This document shows, in pieces, positions 39,598-50,800 of a stretch of DNA of 55,812 nt. The position numbers and the translations under genes were made by a program. This DNA is from Promethearchaeota archaeon (lineage in GTDB: Archaea > Asgardarchaeota > Lokiarchaeia > Sigyniarchaeales > SOKP01), in NCBI GenBank assembly GCA_048938025.1, contig JBHLMP010000024.1:1-55812 (forward strand), in the 5' to 3' direction. The notes below the pieces were generated by a model. It worked only from the letters and a program-made list of their open reading frames with translations. It was not told where the DNA came from and did not search any database. The number at the start of each line of letters is the position of its first letter. Within the stretch, counting starts at the first letter, position 1.

Positions 39598-41061
39598 TTG
39601 CCTAAATCAAATTTAAAATCAAAAAAAAGTAAAACAACTGAAGAAAAGCCAAATGAGAAGAAAGAGAACATAATAAAATCAATTGTTTTAAGTATTTTTG
39701 ATGAGAATGGCCCTACTCCAAAATTATATTGGCCTCAAGAGTTAGATGATAAAGCCCGTTTCTCCATCGCAATGAAAACAATCTCACTTTTAATGGGAGA
39801 GAGCACTTATCAGAACGGAACTGGAACAGAAGGAATTAATTATTTTGGCATCCTACCTTTTCCTGATTTAAAGTTAAACGGATTAACTTACTTTTTTTTG
39901 ATCCCTGAAGCAAAAGCGCGGGGTCAAGCGCTAGCATCAACAATAACAATTTTAATAGATGAAGACGATAGAGTATTTTTCTATGAAAATATGAAATATT
40001 TACGGATTATTATTGATAGAGCAGCTACAAGAATACAAGATTCTAATAATTCTAGTGAATATAAGGAGATTTTGGCTAATTTGAGAGCAGAATTGTTTGA
40101 ATTTACTAAAGAATTAAAAGATCCTTTATCTCTTAAAAGACAGATAAAAATTTTATTAACAGGTCTCGATAAAGCTGGTAAAACAAGTTTCCTTTATGGA
40201 GTGAAGAGAAAATACTCTGAAATTATCAAATCACTTCCTACGAGAGGAGTTGATAGGACAGAAGAAAAAATTTTTGAGGAACAAAATTCTCAAATATCTA
40301 TTTGGGATTTAGGTGGACAAAAACAATATAGAGAAAGATTTCTTGAACAAGGAAAAGTTTATATGTATAATATTGACTTGATGTTCTTTTTTATTGACAT
40401 ACAGGATACTGAAAGAATTAAGGAAGCACTATCTCTATTTAAAAATATATTGAATTCATTAAAAGAATTGGATGAATATCCACCAATTGTAGTCTGTTTA
40501 AATAAATTTGATCCAGATTTGAAAGGTTCTAAAGAAATATTTGAAAGTTTAGAAGTTATAGCAGATGAAATCAACGAAAATACTGATACTTTTTTCATAA
40601 AAATTTTTCAGACATCTATTTTTGATCATTGGTCATTAATTACTGCTTACTCTTATGGTTTATCACAGTTAAGTCCAAACCGGGAATTGTTTAGGAATCA
40701 ATTAAGGAAATTCGCGAGAAAAATAAATTCAGATTCAATTTTATTACTAAATGAAAATGGCATTATCCTATCAAATTATTCAAAATCTGAAATTTATGGA
40801 AAGGTATTTGAAATTTCAGCACCACATTTTGAAACCTTATACAAAACATTCAAAGAATTTAAACTGTTAAAGAAAGATTTTATTGTATCCTCAGGAATAA
40901 CTGATGAATCCAAGAAAGTAGTCTTTAAAAAAATAACTGTCGAAAAATACAATTTGTATTTACTTCTCTTTATAGAAAAAACTCTTGATTTAGAAAAAAT
41001 TGAGAAATATCTGCCTAATTTTTCAAAGAACCTTATTGATTTAATTCATACATATATTTAG
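39598..41061 (+). CDS. uDENN-like + Rag/Arf-like GTPase + roadblock-like domain protein (paralog of 30932)
   Basis: FDENGPTP; GLDKAGKT, PT, WDLGGQ, NKFD, TSI; LSPNRE and FEISAPHF match 30932. Confidence 0.8.
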   Translation: MPKSNLKSKKSKTTEEKPNEKKENIIKSIVLSIFDENGPTPKLYWPQELDDKARFSIAMKTISLLMGESTYQNGTGTEGINYFGILPFPDLKLNGLTYFFLIPEAKARGQALASTITILIDEDDRVFFYENMKYLRIIIDRAATRIQDSNNSSEYKEILANLRAELFEFTKELKDPLSLKRQIKILLTGLDKAGKTSFLYGVKRKYSEIIKSLPTRGVDRTEEKIFEEQNSQISIWDLGGQKQYRERFLEQGKVYMYNIDLMFFFIDIQDTERIKEALSLFKNILNSLKELDEYPPIVVCLNKFDPDLKGSKEIFESLEVIADEINENTDTFFIKIFQTSIFDHWSLITAYSYGLSQLSPNRELFRNQLRKFARKINSDSILLLNENGIILSNYSKSEIYGKVFEISAPHFETLYKTFKEFKLLKKDFIVSSGITDESKKVVFKKITVEKYNLYLLLFIEKTLDLEKIEKYLPNFSKNLIDLIHTYI

Positions 41062-41080
41062 AAAATAAAAAAAAAATGAT

Positions 41081-42340
41081 TTAATATTCATAGAAAGCTT
41101 CTTTTTTACGTTTTCCCTTCATAGTCATAATTAAGACTATAGCAACTATAGCAATAACCGCAGCAGCAATTACAACTGTAATAATTACAATAGGAAATTG
41201 AGTCGATGTACTTAAACTGGATTCGGTTGCAGTTACTCTAAATTGATAAACAAAATTAAAGTTAGGATTATTATAAACTATACATGGATGCGGAAATTCA
41301 CTTTCATCGGGTAAAATTGGTATAGAGAACCATTGCCCTATATTTAAATTAAATCGAAGATAATCAATCCGATTAATATAATCATATCCACCACTTTGCC
41401 ATGTTGGATCACACGCAATCCAGCCAATATCTGGGACATAATATTCAACCCAAGCATGTCCCAAAAAGTTTGAACCTGAGTTACTAGCAATAAAATTCCA
41501 AACTTGTCCTTCAGTAGGTTTAGTGTTTGGATTTGCGGAAATACAAAATCCGGTAACTTTGCGAGCAGGTATACCTTGAATCCTTAATAAAGTTACCATT
41601 AAACTTGAGTATTCACTACAATCTCCTATCTTGTTATTATAAGCCCATAAAGCACCCATCTCTTGTGCGGGTAAAGTACCATCATATGTAAGATAGTTAG
41701 CAACCCAACTACAGATCTTCTCAGCTTTTTCAATCGGATTATCACCTGGATCAACAATGTTATTCGACTCAGTAATTAGTGCTGAATCATTCCGCTCATA
41801 ATATTGTTCTGAATTATTACAGTATAAATCAAACATCTCATCATATACATCATAAGATCCAATATCTGAGTAATTAACGTTTTTAAAAGAAACAGCATTT
41901 AAAGTAACATTATATCTTTGACTAACACTAACAGATTGACCAGTAGACAATGTACTATTGAAAAGATCGTAAGTATTATTAAATTTATCTCGCATTACAT
42001 ATGGAGAGCTATCAGATCCTACAATATTTGAATAAAACAATTCACTCTCTTGATAAGGTGGGCAATATTGAGTTAGTAGTGAGTTTGGTTGTCGATCATT
42101 TAATCGGGAGAACTGAAACCAATAATTACCTGCACTTGAGGTAACAGTTAATGTAAAATTAATTTCTACCTGATAAGTCACACTTCCACTAATATTATAG
42201 TTTGAAACTCCGTTACTTGTAAACAATTTTGGATAAGGATGACTTAAGAATCCAGTAGGTGCCGAAATTGTTAGAGTTGTCGAAAATATCCAAGGAAAAA
42301 TAAATAAAAATACAATAAAAAATATCTTTTTAACTTTCAT
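41081..42340 (-). CDS. Membrane-anchored transglutaminase-like cysteine protease
   Basis: Signal peptide; GDCSEYS, GHAWVE, DPT triad; C-terminal TM and basic tail. Confidence 0.9.
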   Translation of the reverse strand: MKVKKIFFIVFLFIFPWIFSTTLTISAPTGFLSHPYPKLFTSNGVSNYNISGSVTYQVEINFTLTVTSSAGNYWFQFSRLNDRQPNSLLTQYCPPYQESELFYSNIVGSDSSPYVMRDKFNNTYDLFNSTLSTGQSVSVSQRYNVTLNAVSFKNVNYSDIGSYDVYDEMFDLYCNNSEQYYERNDSALITESNNIVDPGDNPIEKAEKICSWVANYLTYDGTLPAQEMGALWAYNNKIGDCSEYSSLMVTLLRIQGIPARKVTGFCISANPNTKPTEGQVWNFIASNSGSNFLGHAWVEYYVPDIGWIACDPTWQSGGYDYINRIDYLRFNLNIGQWFSIPILPDESEFPHPCIVYNNPNFNFVYQFRVTATESSLSTSTQFPIVIITVVIAAAVIAIVAIVLIMTMKGKRKKEAFYEY

Positions 42341-42414
42341 TTCCCTAAATTGGTTTTATTAATATTTATTAAATCAATATAAATTTGAACATTTAATTTT
42401 AATCATTTAAATTT

Positions 42415-43122
42415 ATGCGAGCATTCAAAAGAAAGTATTTTTATTATGATAATAAAAAAAAAATAGATTTTTCTATTTCAACCTTGATCTATAAAGTATA
42501 TTTAATTGATGGAGATAGCTCGATTTCTCTTTTAGAATTAACATTCAAAGAATTAAAGAAAATTCAAGATGATATTTTAACGGGATTTTTCAATGCTATC
42601 AATAAAACAATTGATCTTATCCATGAAGCGATGACTAAAGGGAGACGTGTAAATGAAATGAATAGAGTCTTAGGATCAGAGGATTCAATTATTTTTATTT
42701 ATTATCATCCCGCATCACGAGTTTTATTCTGTTCTATTTCTGATGCTGATGATAATACTGAAAAAATCAAAGAAGTAATTCATAAGATAGCAAATCGCTT
42801 TTGGAAAAAACATAATTCTGATCTTAAAATTTTTAGATCAACAACAGAAAAAAGTAGGTTTAACACCTTAAAAGCAGATATTGAGAATTTAACTATCGGG
42901 GGGCATGTTGCTGAAGAATTTCCTAAATTATTAGTAGTTAAAAATGTATTAGAAAAAGTTCTCTCAATGGGAATGATATCAGACTTTGAGTTTCACGTTG
43001 CGATACAATGTACTGGCAAAAATTCACCACTTAAAATCTCTAGAATATTAAATAAAAAGCGATCAGAGATAAATGATGTATTAAAGAAATTAGAACAACT
43101 TGATATAATAACCATTAAATAA
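42415..43122 (+). CDS. Longin-like domain + C-terminal winged-helix-like protein
   Basis: VYLID...LTGFFNAI...ISD; C-terminal ISRILN...INDVLKKLEQLDII. Start uncertain. Confidence 0.6.
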   Translation: MRAFKRKYFYYDNKKKIDFSISTLIYKVYLIDGDSSISLLELTFKELKKIQDDILTGFFNAINKTIDLIHEAMTKGRRVNEMNRVLGSEDSIIFIYYHPASRVLFCSISDADDNTEKIKEVIHKIANRFWKKHNSDLKIFRSTTEKSRFNTLKADIENLTIGGHVAEEFPKLLVVKNVLEKVLSMGMISDFEFHVAIQCTGKNSPLKISRILNKKRSEINDVLKKLEQLDIITIK

Positions 43123-43138
43123 AAAGAAAAAATTAGGT

Positions 43139-43261
43139 TTAATTTTTCCTGTGTTTTTTTATAATAACTGTTATTACTAGAATAATTATAGTTGTAAAAA
43201 TGAATAGTTCATATCCGGGAATTTCCAATCCATTACCATCACCATTACTAGGTTCAATTTC
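43139..43261 (-). pseudogene. Orphan C-terminal sorting signal (IPGY-TM-basic), remnant or micro-protein
   Basis: EIEPSNGDGNGLEIPGYELFIFTTIIILVITVIIKKHRKN*, with an in-frame stop immediately upstream. Confidence 0.6.
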
Positions 43262-43389
43262 TTACCTAATTTTCAATTAGATATTTTTTAAGTAGAATTT
43301 ATGGTTTTACTATTTTCAATAGAAAAAAATAAAAACTTTCTAATTTTATCTAAATTACATAACTGACATATCAAAACTGTGTTGATAGT

Positions 43390-43980
43390 ATGGAAAGTAA
43401 ACAGAAACATATTGCTATGGTAAAAAGCCCAGCTAAAGATGCTCATTTAAGAGAGGGTAAAGGTTTTTCTTTAAAAGAAATTAAGGAATCTGGAAAAACT
43501 ATTGATTTATTAGAACAGTTAAACATTAAAATTGATTACTTTAGAAAATCATCCTATCAAGAAAATATTGAAAAATTAAAATCTATTGAATTCCCTAAGA
43601 AAAAAGGAAAAAAAAGGGAACCATTTGTTAAAAAAGAAAAGAAAAGGACGCCATTTAAACCTGAACTAGAGAAAGCTAAAGTAAAACGTGTAATAAAACC
43701 AAAAGCTCCTCCTAAAAAGCCTGTAATGAAGGAAAAGCCGAGACCAATTAAGAAAAAGGAAATTAAGAAAGAAAAAGTTATTGTTGAGGCTAAAGGAACT
43801 CCCCTAACACAATTAACAGGATTAGGTACCGCAACTGCCAAGAAATTTATAGAGCTTGGAGTTAATAATGTAGAGGAACTTAGTAAGGAAAATCCTGAAG
43901 AATTAGCTGCATTAATTAAAGGTGTTTCAGAAGAAAGATTAAAAAAATGGATTGAAGAAGCTATCGAGTTAATCAAGTAG
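43390..43980 (+). CDS. rpl13e: Ribosomal protein L13e-like domain fused through a Lys/Pro-rich linker to a helix-hairpin-helix domain
   Basis: REGKGFSLKEI...ID..RKS...EN (L13e); LTGLG.ATAKK...GV (HhH). Confidence 0.7.
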   Translation: MESKQKHIAMVKSPAKDAHLREGKGFSLKEIKESGKTIDLLEQLNIKIDYFRKSSYQENIEKLKSIEFPKKKGKKREPFVKKEKKRTPFKPELEKAKVKRVIKPKAPPKKPVMKEKPRPIKKKEIKKEKVIVEAKGTPLTQLTGLGTATAKKFIELGVNNVEELSKENPEELAALIKGVSEERLKKWIEEAIELIK

Positions 43981-44139
43981 TATAGAATTTTTTATTTTTA
44001 ATTTGAATTGTTTTATTAATATATCAGTTTAATAATCACACTTCAAATTATTTCCTTTTTAACAAAAAATAAAACTTTAAAAAACCTAAATATATGTTAG
44101 AAATAAGCTTTTTCTTAAAACTAATAATTAGGTGTGAAT

Positions 44140-44631
44140 ATGGAATACAATTACTACGTGTATAACAAACCAGAATGTAATGTTATAGTTAACAAAATGC
44201 CAAAATGGTACAGAGAAGTAAAATACGAAGGGGATGATTCTCATGGTTCCATTACATTTCATTCTCAAAATGATTATGATGAAATTTGGGGTCCCAATTC
44301 AACACTAGAAATTAATTGGGAGAAAAAGGATAGAATGAATCTCCTTTATTATAAAGAAGTACAGAATTCAATAGATGTTTACAATGCCATTGGTGTAGTA
44401 GTTACAAAAAAAGAACAGGATTGGTTGCTAAGTCATGAACAAACAATTTGGTTTGGGCAACGAAGAAAAATGATGAGAAAACGATATTATGTCGAAAAGT
44501 CAATTCATGTTATTTTTTATTGCGATATTTCGGAAAGAATATTTAATGTTCATGCGATTATAATAGGAAAACTATATGAAAATTTTGAACCCTTTATTTT
44601 AAAAGCATTTCATTCAATGGTATGTCATTAA
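44140..44631 (+). CDS. Hypothetical protein
   Basis: 163-aa ORF with AGGTG SD before ATG 44140. Confidence 0.6.
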   Translation: MEYNYYVYNKPECNVIVNKMPKWYREVKYEGDDSHGSITFHSQNDYDEIWGPNSTLEINWEKKDRMNLLYYKEVQNSIDVYNAIGVVVTKKEQDWLLSHEQTIWFGQRRKMMRKRYYVEKSIHVIFYCDISERIFNVHAIIIGKLYENFEPFILKAFHSMVCH

Positions 44632-44658
44632 AGTTAGAAAATATTGAATCAAATTCAA

Positions 44659-45408
44659 TTATTTTAGTTTTTGGGCTAAAATAAAAAAATTATCTTGATT
44701 ATTTGGTCCACCCAATATTTTAAACTCTTGGACTTTAAATGTTTTGATTAACTTCTTAATCTCACGTTTTGAAAAGAAATGATAAAATCTATTATATTTC
44801 TTTTTCTCGCTTGATATTTTCCAAGGGACATATTTATCTCCAAATTCATCTAAACCTTCCGTCTTTTGTTCTCTTTTATACGTAGAACTAATCATTCTTC
44901 GAAACCAATCGTGAAAAAAATAACTTGTATACTTCTTTTGCCATTTACGCCATACAGTTATTATAATATAACCATTATCTTTTAGTAAATCAAATAATTC
45001 CTTAATTGCACCTTGTCTTTCAAATTTATGTCTTATATGATGAATTGATGCAATTGAGAAAATGTTTTGTATTATATTTAGTCTTATAGGTAAAAATCTT
45101 AGATCCGCAAGGATAATTTGTATAAAATTTATCTTACTATTAGTATCTTGATCGTTATCCTTTAAACTTTCAAGAGCAATCTTTAATATTTCAATTGAAT
45201 TATCAATTCCAATTAATTTAAAACTTCTTTTTTGTAATAATTTAAAATGTCTACCATTACCACATCCTAAATCAATATTAAGGCCTTTAAAGTTATAGCC
45301 TTTCTTCTCTAAATAGATTAAAAATGATTCTAAAGGTTTCCAAGGCTTTTTTCTTTTCAAATGATAATCTTTAGCAATATGGTTAAAAAAGCAGTTTTCC
45401 ATCAGCAA
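44659..45408 (-). CDS. Class I SAM-dependent methyltransferase (Trm9/ALKBH8-like)
   Basis: DLGCGNGRH, GID, SIASIHHI, ITVW, VPW, RFYHFF. Confidence 0.85.
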   Translation of the reverse strand: MLMENCFFNHIAKDYHLKRKKPWKPLESFLIYLEKKGYNFKGLNIDLGCGNGRHFKLLQKRSFKLIGIDNSIEILKIALESLKDNDQDTNSKINFIQIILADLRFLPIRLNIIQNIFSIASIHHIRHKFERQGAIKELFDLLKDNGYIIITVWRKWQKKYTSYFFHDWFRRMISSTYKREQKTEGLDEFGDKYVPWKISSEKKKYNRFYHFFSKREIKKLIKTFKVQEFKILGGPNNQDNFFILAQKLK

Positions 45409-45514
45409 AACGCGTTTTCTTCTTTTTTAAGATTTTCAATATAAAACATAAATGTTTATATTGATTATAGATATAAGATTAATAAATAAATTGCTCAATT
45501 AAGAAAATTGAAAG

Positions 45515-47176
45515 ATGGAAGAAATAAAACCAATTTTAACTAACTTTTTATCATCTCTAAAAGCAGAGATTTTAGATTACTTTAACCATAGCTACTCCTA
45601 TTTAAAGAATCTCATTTCTTACAAAAACATTGATTTGAATAAAAAAACATCTGATGATAGTAAGAAATCAATGAAGAATACATCAAAGGATATTATAAAA
45701 GCAATAAAAACAGGTTTAAATACAATAGGAGTTTCAATGGATAAAATAACAGATGAACAGAAAAAATTTGAAGAAAATTTTAAAATTAAACAATTTCCTG
45801 ATTATAACACTTTTTTTAAAAAGAATTTAATTATTTATGTAAACAAAATCTTGTTTGAAATTTTAGTCAAATATATTATTGATTTTGATAAGAAACAGAT
45901 TGAGGATTTAAACCTTTTTAACTTAATACCCCAGGATTTCATTCAGAAACTAAATAATTTTAGAGAGAATAATATTACTACACCTCGTATTAAGGAAGTA
46001 TTTGAAACAAGTAAAATCTATGATTTTATTGATTATACTAATCTACATCTAATAATTGAAAAAGTAGGGGAGGTTGGATCAGTTGAAAAATCTAAAGAAC
46101 AAAAGCAAGAGCGTGATATTTTAAAACAGCTTCAAATTGCTAAAAGAGATAGTATTGAGACTCTAAAAACCCCAAAAAAAGAAATAATCAAAGAAGAAAC
46201 CTCACTTAAAGCAAATCTTACTGAGATCACACCGAATGACCAATTAATAGATTTACAGTCCATTAATTATGATAAAGAGCCAAAATCAACATATCTTGAT
46301 TATTTTGGGAATTTTCCCTCTACTCATCCAGAGATTATCAATAAAATCAAAATTGAAATTATGAATTTTTTAAATTCTAGAGTTGTAAATCCTGATTATC
46401 TTGACTTAGAAAATCTCTTTTATTATATTTGTATATTAAAAATGTTAAATATAGAGTTTCCTTTTACTTCTATTGAAATTTTAGAGATTATGAAGAAGTA
46501 TATAAATGGAAAGATGTTTAGTTCTTCAAGAGAAGCTAAACCTGACCCTGTAAATACTTTTTTTGGTCTTATTATATTTTCGGAATTGAATCTCCTAAAT
46601 AACACAGATATTATAGATCTTCTTGCTATTGAAATGTTCCTTGAATCAGAATTGAAAAAATTTACTCCAGAGAAATTAAGTTTGAATTTCTATACTTTAT
46701 TTAGTTTGAGGTTATTGGAAAAAAGTGGAACTATCATAATGAATAAGAAAGATCTTCTAAATCCTATTTTAAACCTTAATTTACATAATCTAGAAGGATA
46801 TAAACCTTCTATTGATATTTATCATCAACTTACATTGATAAAATTGATTGATAAGAGAATTAACCTTCAACCATTTAAATCCCGTTATAATAATGAGCTA
46901 AAAAAGTTAATAAAATCCAATGGATCGATCAATGATATTATTACTGATTCGGCTAAAGTATTATTGATATATGATCTACTTGAGTTAAAAGAACAAGAAT
47001 CAGAATTTTGTAGTCGATTATTAAATTTCATAACTAAATCAACAACTTTTTTTAGCCTAGAAGAGATTAATAAAGACTTTAACTGGCGAACTGATAAATT
47101 AGGGTATAAAGTTGAATTAAGGATGTTATTTTGGGCATTATTAGCAAGTGCTCAATATGGGCCACTACTTTCTTAA
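45515..47176 (+). CDS. Hypothetical all-alpha protein
   Basis: 553-aa ORF; no motif recognised. Confidence 0.6.
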   Translation: MEEIKPILTNFLSSLKAEILDYFNHSYSYLKNLISYKNIDLNKKTSDDSKKSMKNTSKDIIKAIKTGLNTIGVSMDKITDEQKKFEENFKIKQFPDYNTFFKKNLIIYVNKILFEILVKYIIDFDKKQIEDLNLFNLIPQDFIQKLNNFRENNITTPRIKEVFETSKIYDFIDYTNLHLIIEKVGEVGSVEKSKEQKQERDILKQLQIAKRDSIETLKTPKKEIIKEETSLKANLTEITPNDQLIDLQSINYDKEPKSTYLDYFGNFPSTHPEIINKIKIEIMNFLNSRVVNPDYLDLENLFYYICILKMLNIEFPFTSIEILEIMKKYINGKMFSSSREAKPDPVNTFFGLIIFSELNLLNNTDIIDLLAIEMFLESELKKFTPEKLSLNFYTLFSLRLLEKSGTIIMNKKDLLNPILNLNLHNLEGYKPSIDIYHQLTLIKLIDKRINLQPFKSRYNNELKKLIKSNGSINDIITDSAKVLLIYDLLELKEQESEFCSRLLNFITKSTTFFSLEEINKDFNWRTDKLGYKVELRMLFWALLASAQYGPLLS

Positions 47177-47200
47177 AAGTAGCTCTAACTTTTAATATCT

Positions 47201-47827
47201 CTAATCTTGATTTGTTATTTTTATATTAAAAATGGTTAAAAGAAGATTTTTAACTGTGGGAGTAACTTGACCAAGTTTTACAGCTTTATTCCATTTTTCT
47301 ATTAAAATTTCATTATTGTTCAATTCTTCTATTGTATGTTTTCCTAATTCTATCCATTTATCTTCATTAATAAGAGGGGCATCACCTCCAATACCAGGAC
47401 AATATTGTTTCCCTTTTTCAGTATAAAACATTTTAATTTTAGCACTTGTTTTATTAGACTTATTAAAAATAAGATTGAATGAAAAAGGGAAAGTTTTACA
47501 AAACATAGGTCTTAAATCATATATTAAACATTTCTTTTCTGAATCATTATAAAAATAACAAAAACCTGAATCTTTCTTGAGAAGTCCAATAAATGCTAAT
47601 CCTCTTTCTGTTTCTATTGGAGAAACCACCATTTTATGTTCTTCATTTATTGTTTCTTTATCAAAAATATAAAAACCAGTAACTTCAAGAATTTCTTCAA
47701 TGCTTAAATTTAAACCATTTCTGATTCTTAGTATATCAAAATAAGTTAAATTAACTATTGTATTTTTATCGCTACAACAATTACCGCATCTAGTGCATAT
47801 AAATCTGAAATCTTTCAAATGATTCAT
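47201..47827 (-). CDS. YkgJ family cysteine-cluster (CxxCxxCC) protein
   Basis: CTRCGNCC...CYF...CLIYDLRPMFCKTFP. Confidence 0.88.
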   Translation of the reverse strand: MNHLKDFRFICTRCGNCCSDKNTIVNLTYFDILRIRNGLNLSIEEILEVTGFYIFDKETINEEHKMVVSPIETERGLAFIGLLKKDSGFCYFYNDSEKKCLIYDLRPMFCKTFPFSFNLIFNKSNKTSAKIKMFYTEKGKQYCPGIGGDAPLINEDKWIELGKHTIEELNNNEILIEKWNKAVKLGQVTPTVKNLLLTIFNIKITNQD

Positions 47828-47871
47828 AAAATAAATAAAAAAAATAAGTATATTATGATTTTGATGAAATT

Positions 47872-50800
47872 CTATAAATTATATGGAATAATTATCTTTT
47901 GTGCTATTAATGATTCTATCGCTTTTATAATGATATCTTTATTTTCTTCATGAACTAGATTAATTATCGTATCTAAATGAATAATGTTCTCCTTGCTTTT
48001 GGCCACAGAATTAATAACGTTTAAAACTCTGATTTCCATTTTATTTAAACTTTTATCTTTTGTCATCTTGAGGAATTCAGTATCTCTAATGTTCAATTGA
48101 AATGATTCTTTATAATAAAGTTCAAAATACTCATTTAATATTGATGGCAATATGATCTCAAATTGTTCTAATGAGCCATCCCAGCTTTGTAATTGTTCTG
48201 ATAGATTCAAATTTAAAGCTAATAAAAGGTGTCTAAGTTGACTTTTTAATCGTTCAGATGACTTTTCACTAAGTACTAAGACTGTTCTTACTTCTTCTAA
48301 ATCAGCAATAAGGCAGTAGAAGTATTTGAAATCTAATTCCATAATTCTTTCGCTACCATACCCTTTAGCTGATTCTTTCATTTTAGGTTTTGTGGATTCT
48401 CGCTCAGCAAATTCTTCTCCAATGGTAGTTATTGCTTGAATAAATCCAGAAAAAAGTTCTTTATTATGTTTCTCTAAAATAGAATAACTTCTTGAAAAAA
48501 TTGGAATTCCACTTAACTTGTGAATTACTACTATTGCCTGAATGTTTCGGATATCTTTAAATCTTTGAGTTTCAGCTAAGAGTTCGGATTCCTTCCTCCT
48601 CTTTCTTGGCAGTATCACATAAGATCTTAAGCTTAAAGCAGCAAATATAGCACCTATTCCAATGGACGCAAATAATATTCCCAGTAACAAATAATTTGGC
48701 TCTTCGCGTGTTTCAGGAGGATTTATGATTTCAAATTGGAATATATGAGTCTGTGGTTCAAAACCAATAGCAGAAAAATCAAACACCAATCGATAAATTC
48801 CTAGGTCATCAATAAACTCAGTACTGAATTCAATTGAGTAATAACCATCAGAATCATCCTGTACTGTATAATAGGCTGGATTACTTATATTTACTAAAAC
48901 TTGTGCTCCAGGGATCCCTTCCTCATCAAATTCTGAATAATAAAAGAATCTAATAGTACTATTTCTATGTATAACTATTTTTGAATCAGACTCTAATCTC
49001 TGTAAATTTGAATCTTCTCCAAGGTTTATTCTCAAAGTTAAATTACTATTTATAAAACCAACCCTACTTGTACTTATGATTATATTATATAATCCAAACC
49101 CACCTAAATCTGCTGTATCCAGAACGGTTTCATAAATACCTAATGACGCCTCTACTAAAAATTCTGTACCTGTGGTCCAATTATATGAAACTAAAGCATC
49201 GGAGATATATAAATCATTTTCAGCGTCTCGTAAATAGATTCTCAAGGGAATAATATCTCCAACAGTACCCCCTGTCTGGTTGTCTAATTTAGCATCATCA
49301 GGTTTTAAGATTGTTAAATAACTAGCATGAATTACAGCAAAATTAGATTTCAATCCACCTAAAGCTGTTCCATTACTCCAGAATAATGTATAATTGTAAA
49401 TCCCTCCTACTGAATTTAGTGAAGTAAGTAGTATTTCTGAGAAAATTACAGATCCGTTTGATAATGGTATTTTAGACTCTTGATACCACATTGTTCCATT
49501 AGGATAATAAATTGTGAGATTTATTGTTGTTTGATCTAAATTCAATGGAATTTCATTAGTATAATTTACTTGAGTCTTAATTTTTATTGAATCTCCAGAA
49601 TAAAATTCATTAAATCCCCACTGCCCATTTCTCGATATTTTTGTATTAGTCATATTCAGATAATTAGGTGAACTAGCTCGAAATTTCCACCATCCTGGAT
49701 AAATTGCATTTGAAGTATTTATTTTTAAATAATTATCAACAATATCTCCTCCTTCAAAAGTTCTTGATTGAAGAGTGGGATCTAATACAGATATTATTTT
49801 CCAATTATAAGGTTTTTTAATAAAAAATTCGAAATCTGAATATTCTGCAGGCATATAGAAATTATGATAGAACTCCCAGAATATTGAAGAATTTTCTAAA
49901 ACTTGATATGAAATTCCTTGGACATTTAGTTGATTAATTTTTGATGTAGTTTCGTGATATCCATATAAAATTGTATTTAAATCAAAAGCTAAATCAGGTG
50001 AAGTTGTATTTATTGTTAAAGTCACAGGATTATTTTCCCATCCATCGGTTAAATTTAAAAATGAAGAACCCCATACGCTTCCGTCAATTAAATCATGGTT
50101 ATTTACGTTTAAATTTATACCATCTTGAGTTGAATTAGCTATAGTAGTCAATCCTAACGTAAGATTATCAAAACCGATAACTTGCTGGAATTCATCTGGT
50201 GTATAGGAATAAGTCCACCCAACAAGGCATCTAATACCAATTGAGATATTAATATTTTGGGTATCAATAACATCATTAAAAACATTCGATGTATTTGTCC
50301 AAAAAAGTAGATTTACTTTTCCTGTATTTTGCCATGTATATTTTCCAGCCTGCACAATAGGATAAAACCCCTTTGAATAAATCTCTTGACCGTTAATGCT
50401 ACAATAAATAGCAAAATCATTAGCTGCCATTGCATAATCAGCATAATAATCAAAACTTATATAACCATCAACAACAGAGCCTCTTGGAATTGTTAGATTT
50501 TGATAAATTTCAACATAATCATCATCATAATAAGTGGGAAAATATCCTTCTACTGCATCACCTAGAAGATCAGCATACATACCAACGTACATAGCGGAAT
50601 TATTGCCTAAAAGAGTAGACCCATGAATATATTGTGAGTATGCAATGTCATCATAGCCCCACGGATTGGTATCAATTGTTCCATTAACAAATTCATAAAA
50701 ATCTATATAGTATCCATAATCATTTACAACACCATCAGTAATGAGATAAACATCTAAAGTATCTCCAGGTATCCAAGGTGAAAAAAATGGAGTCAATTTA

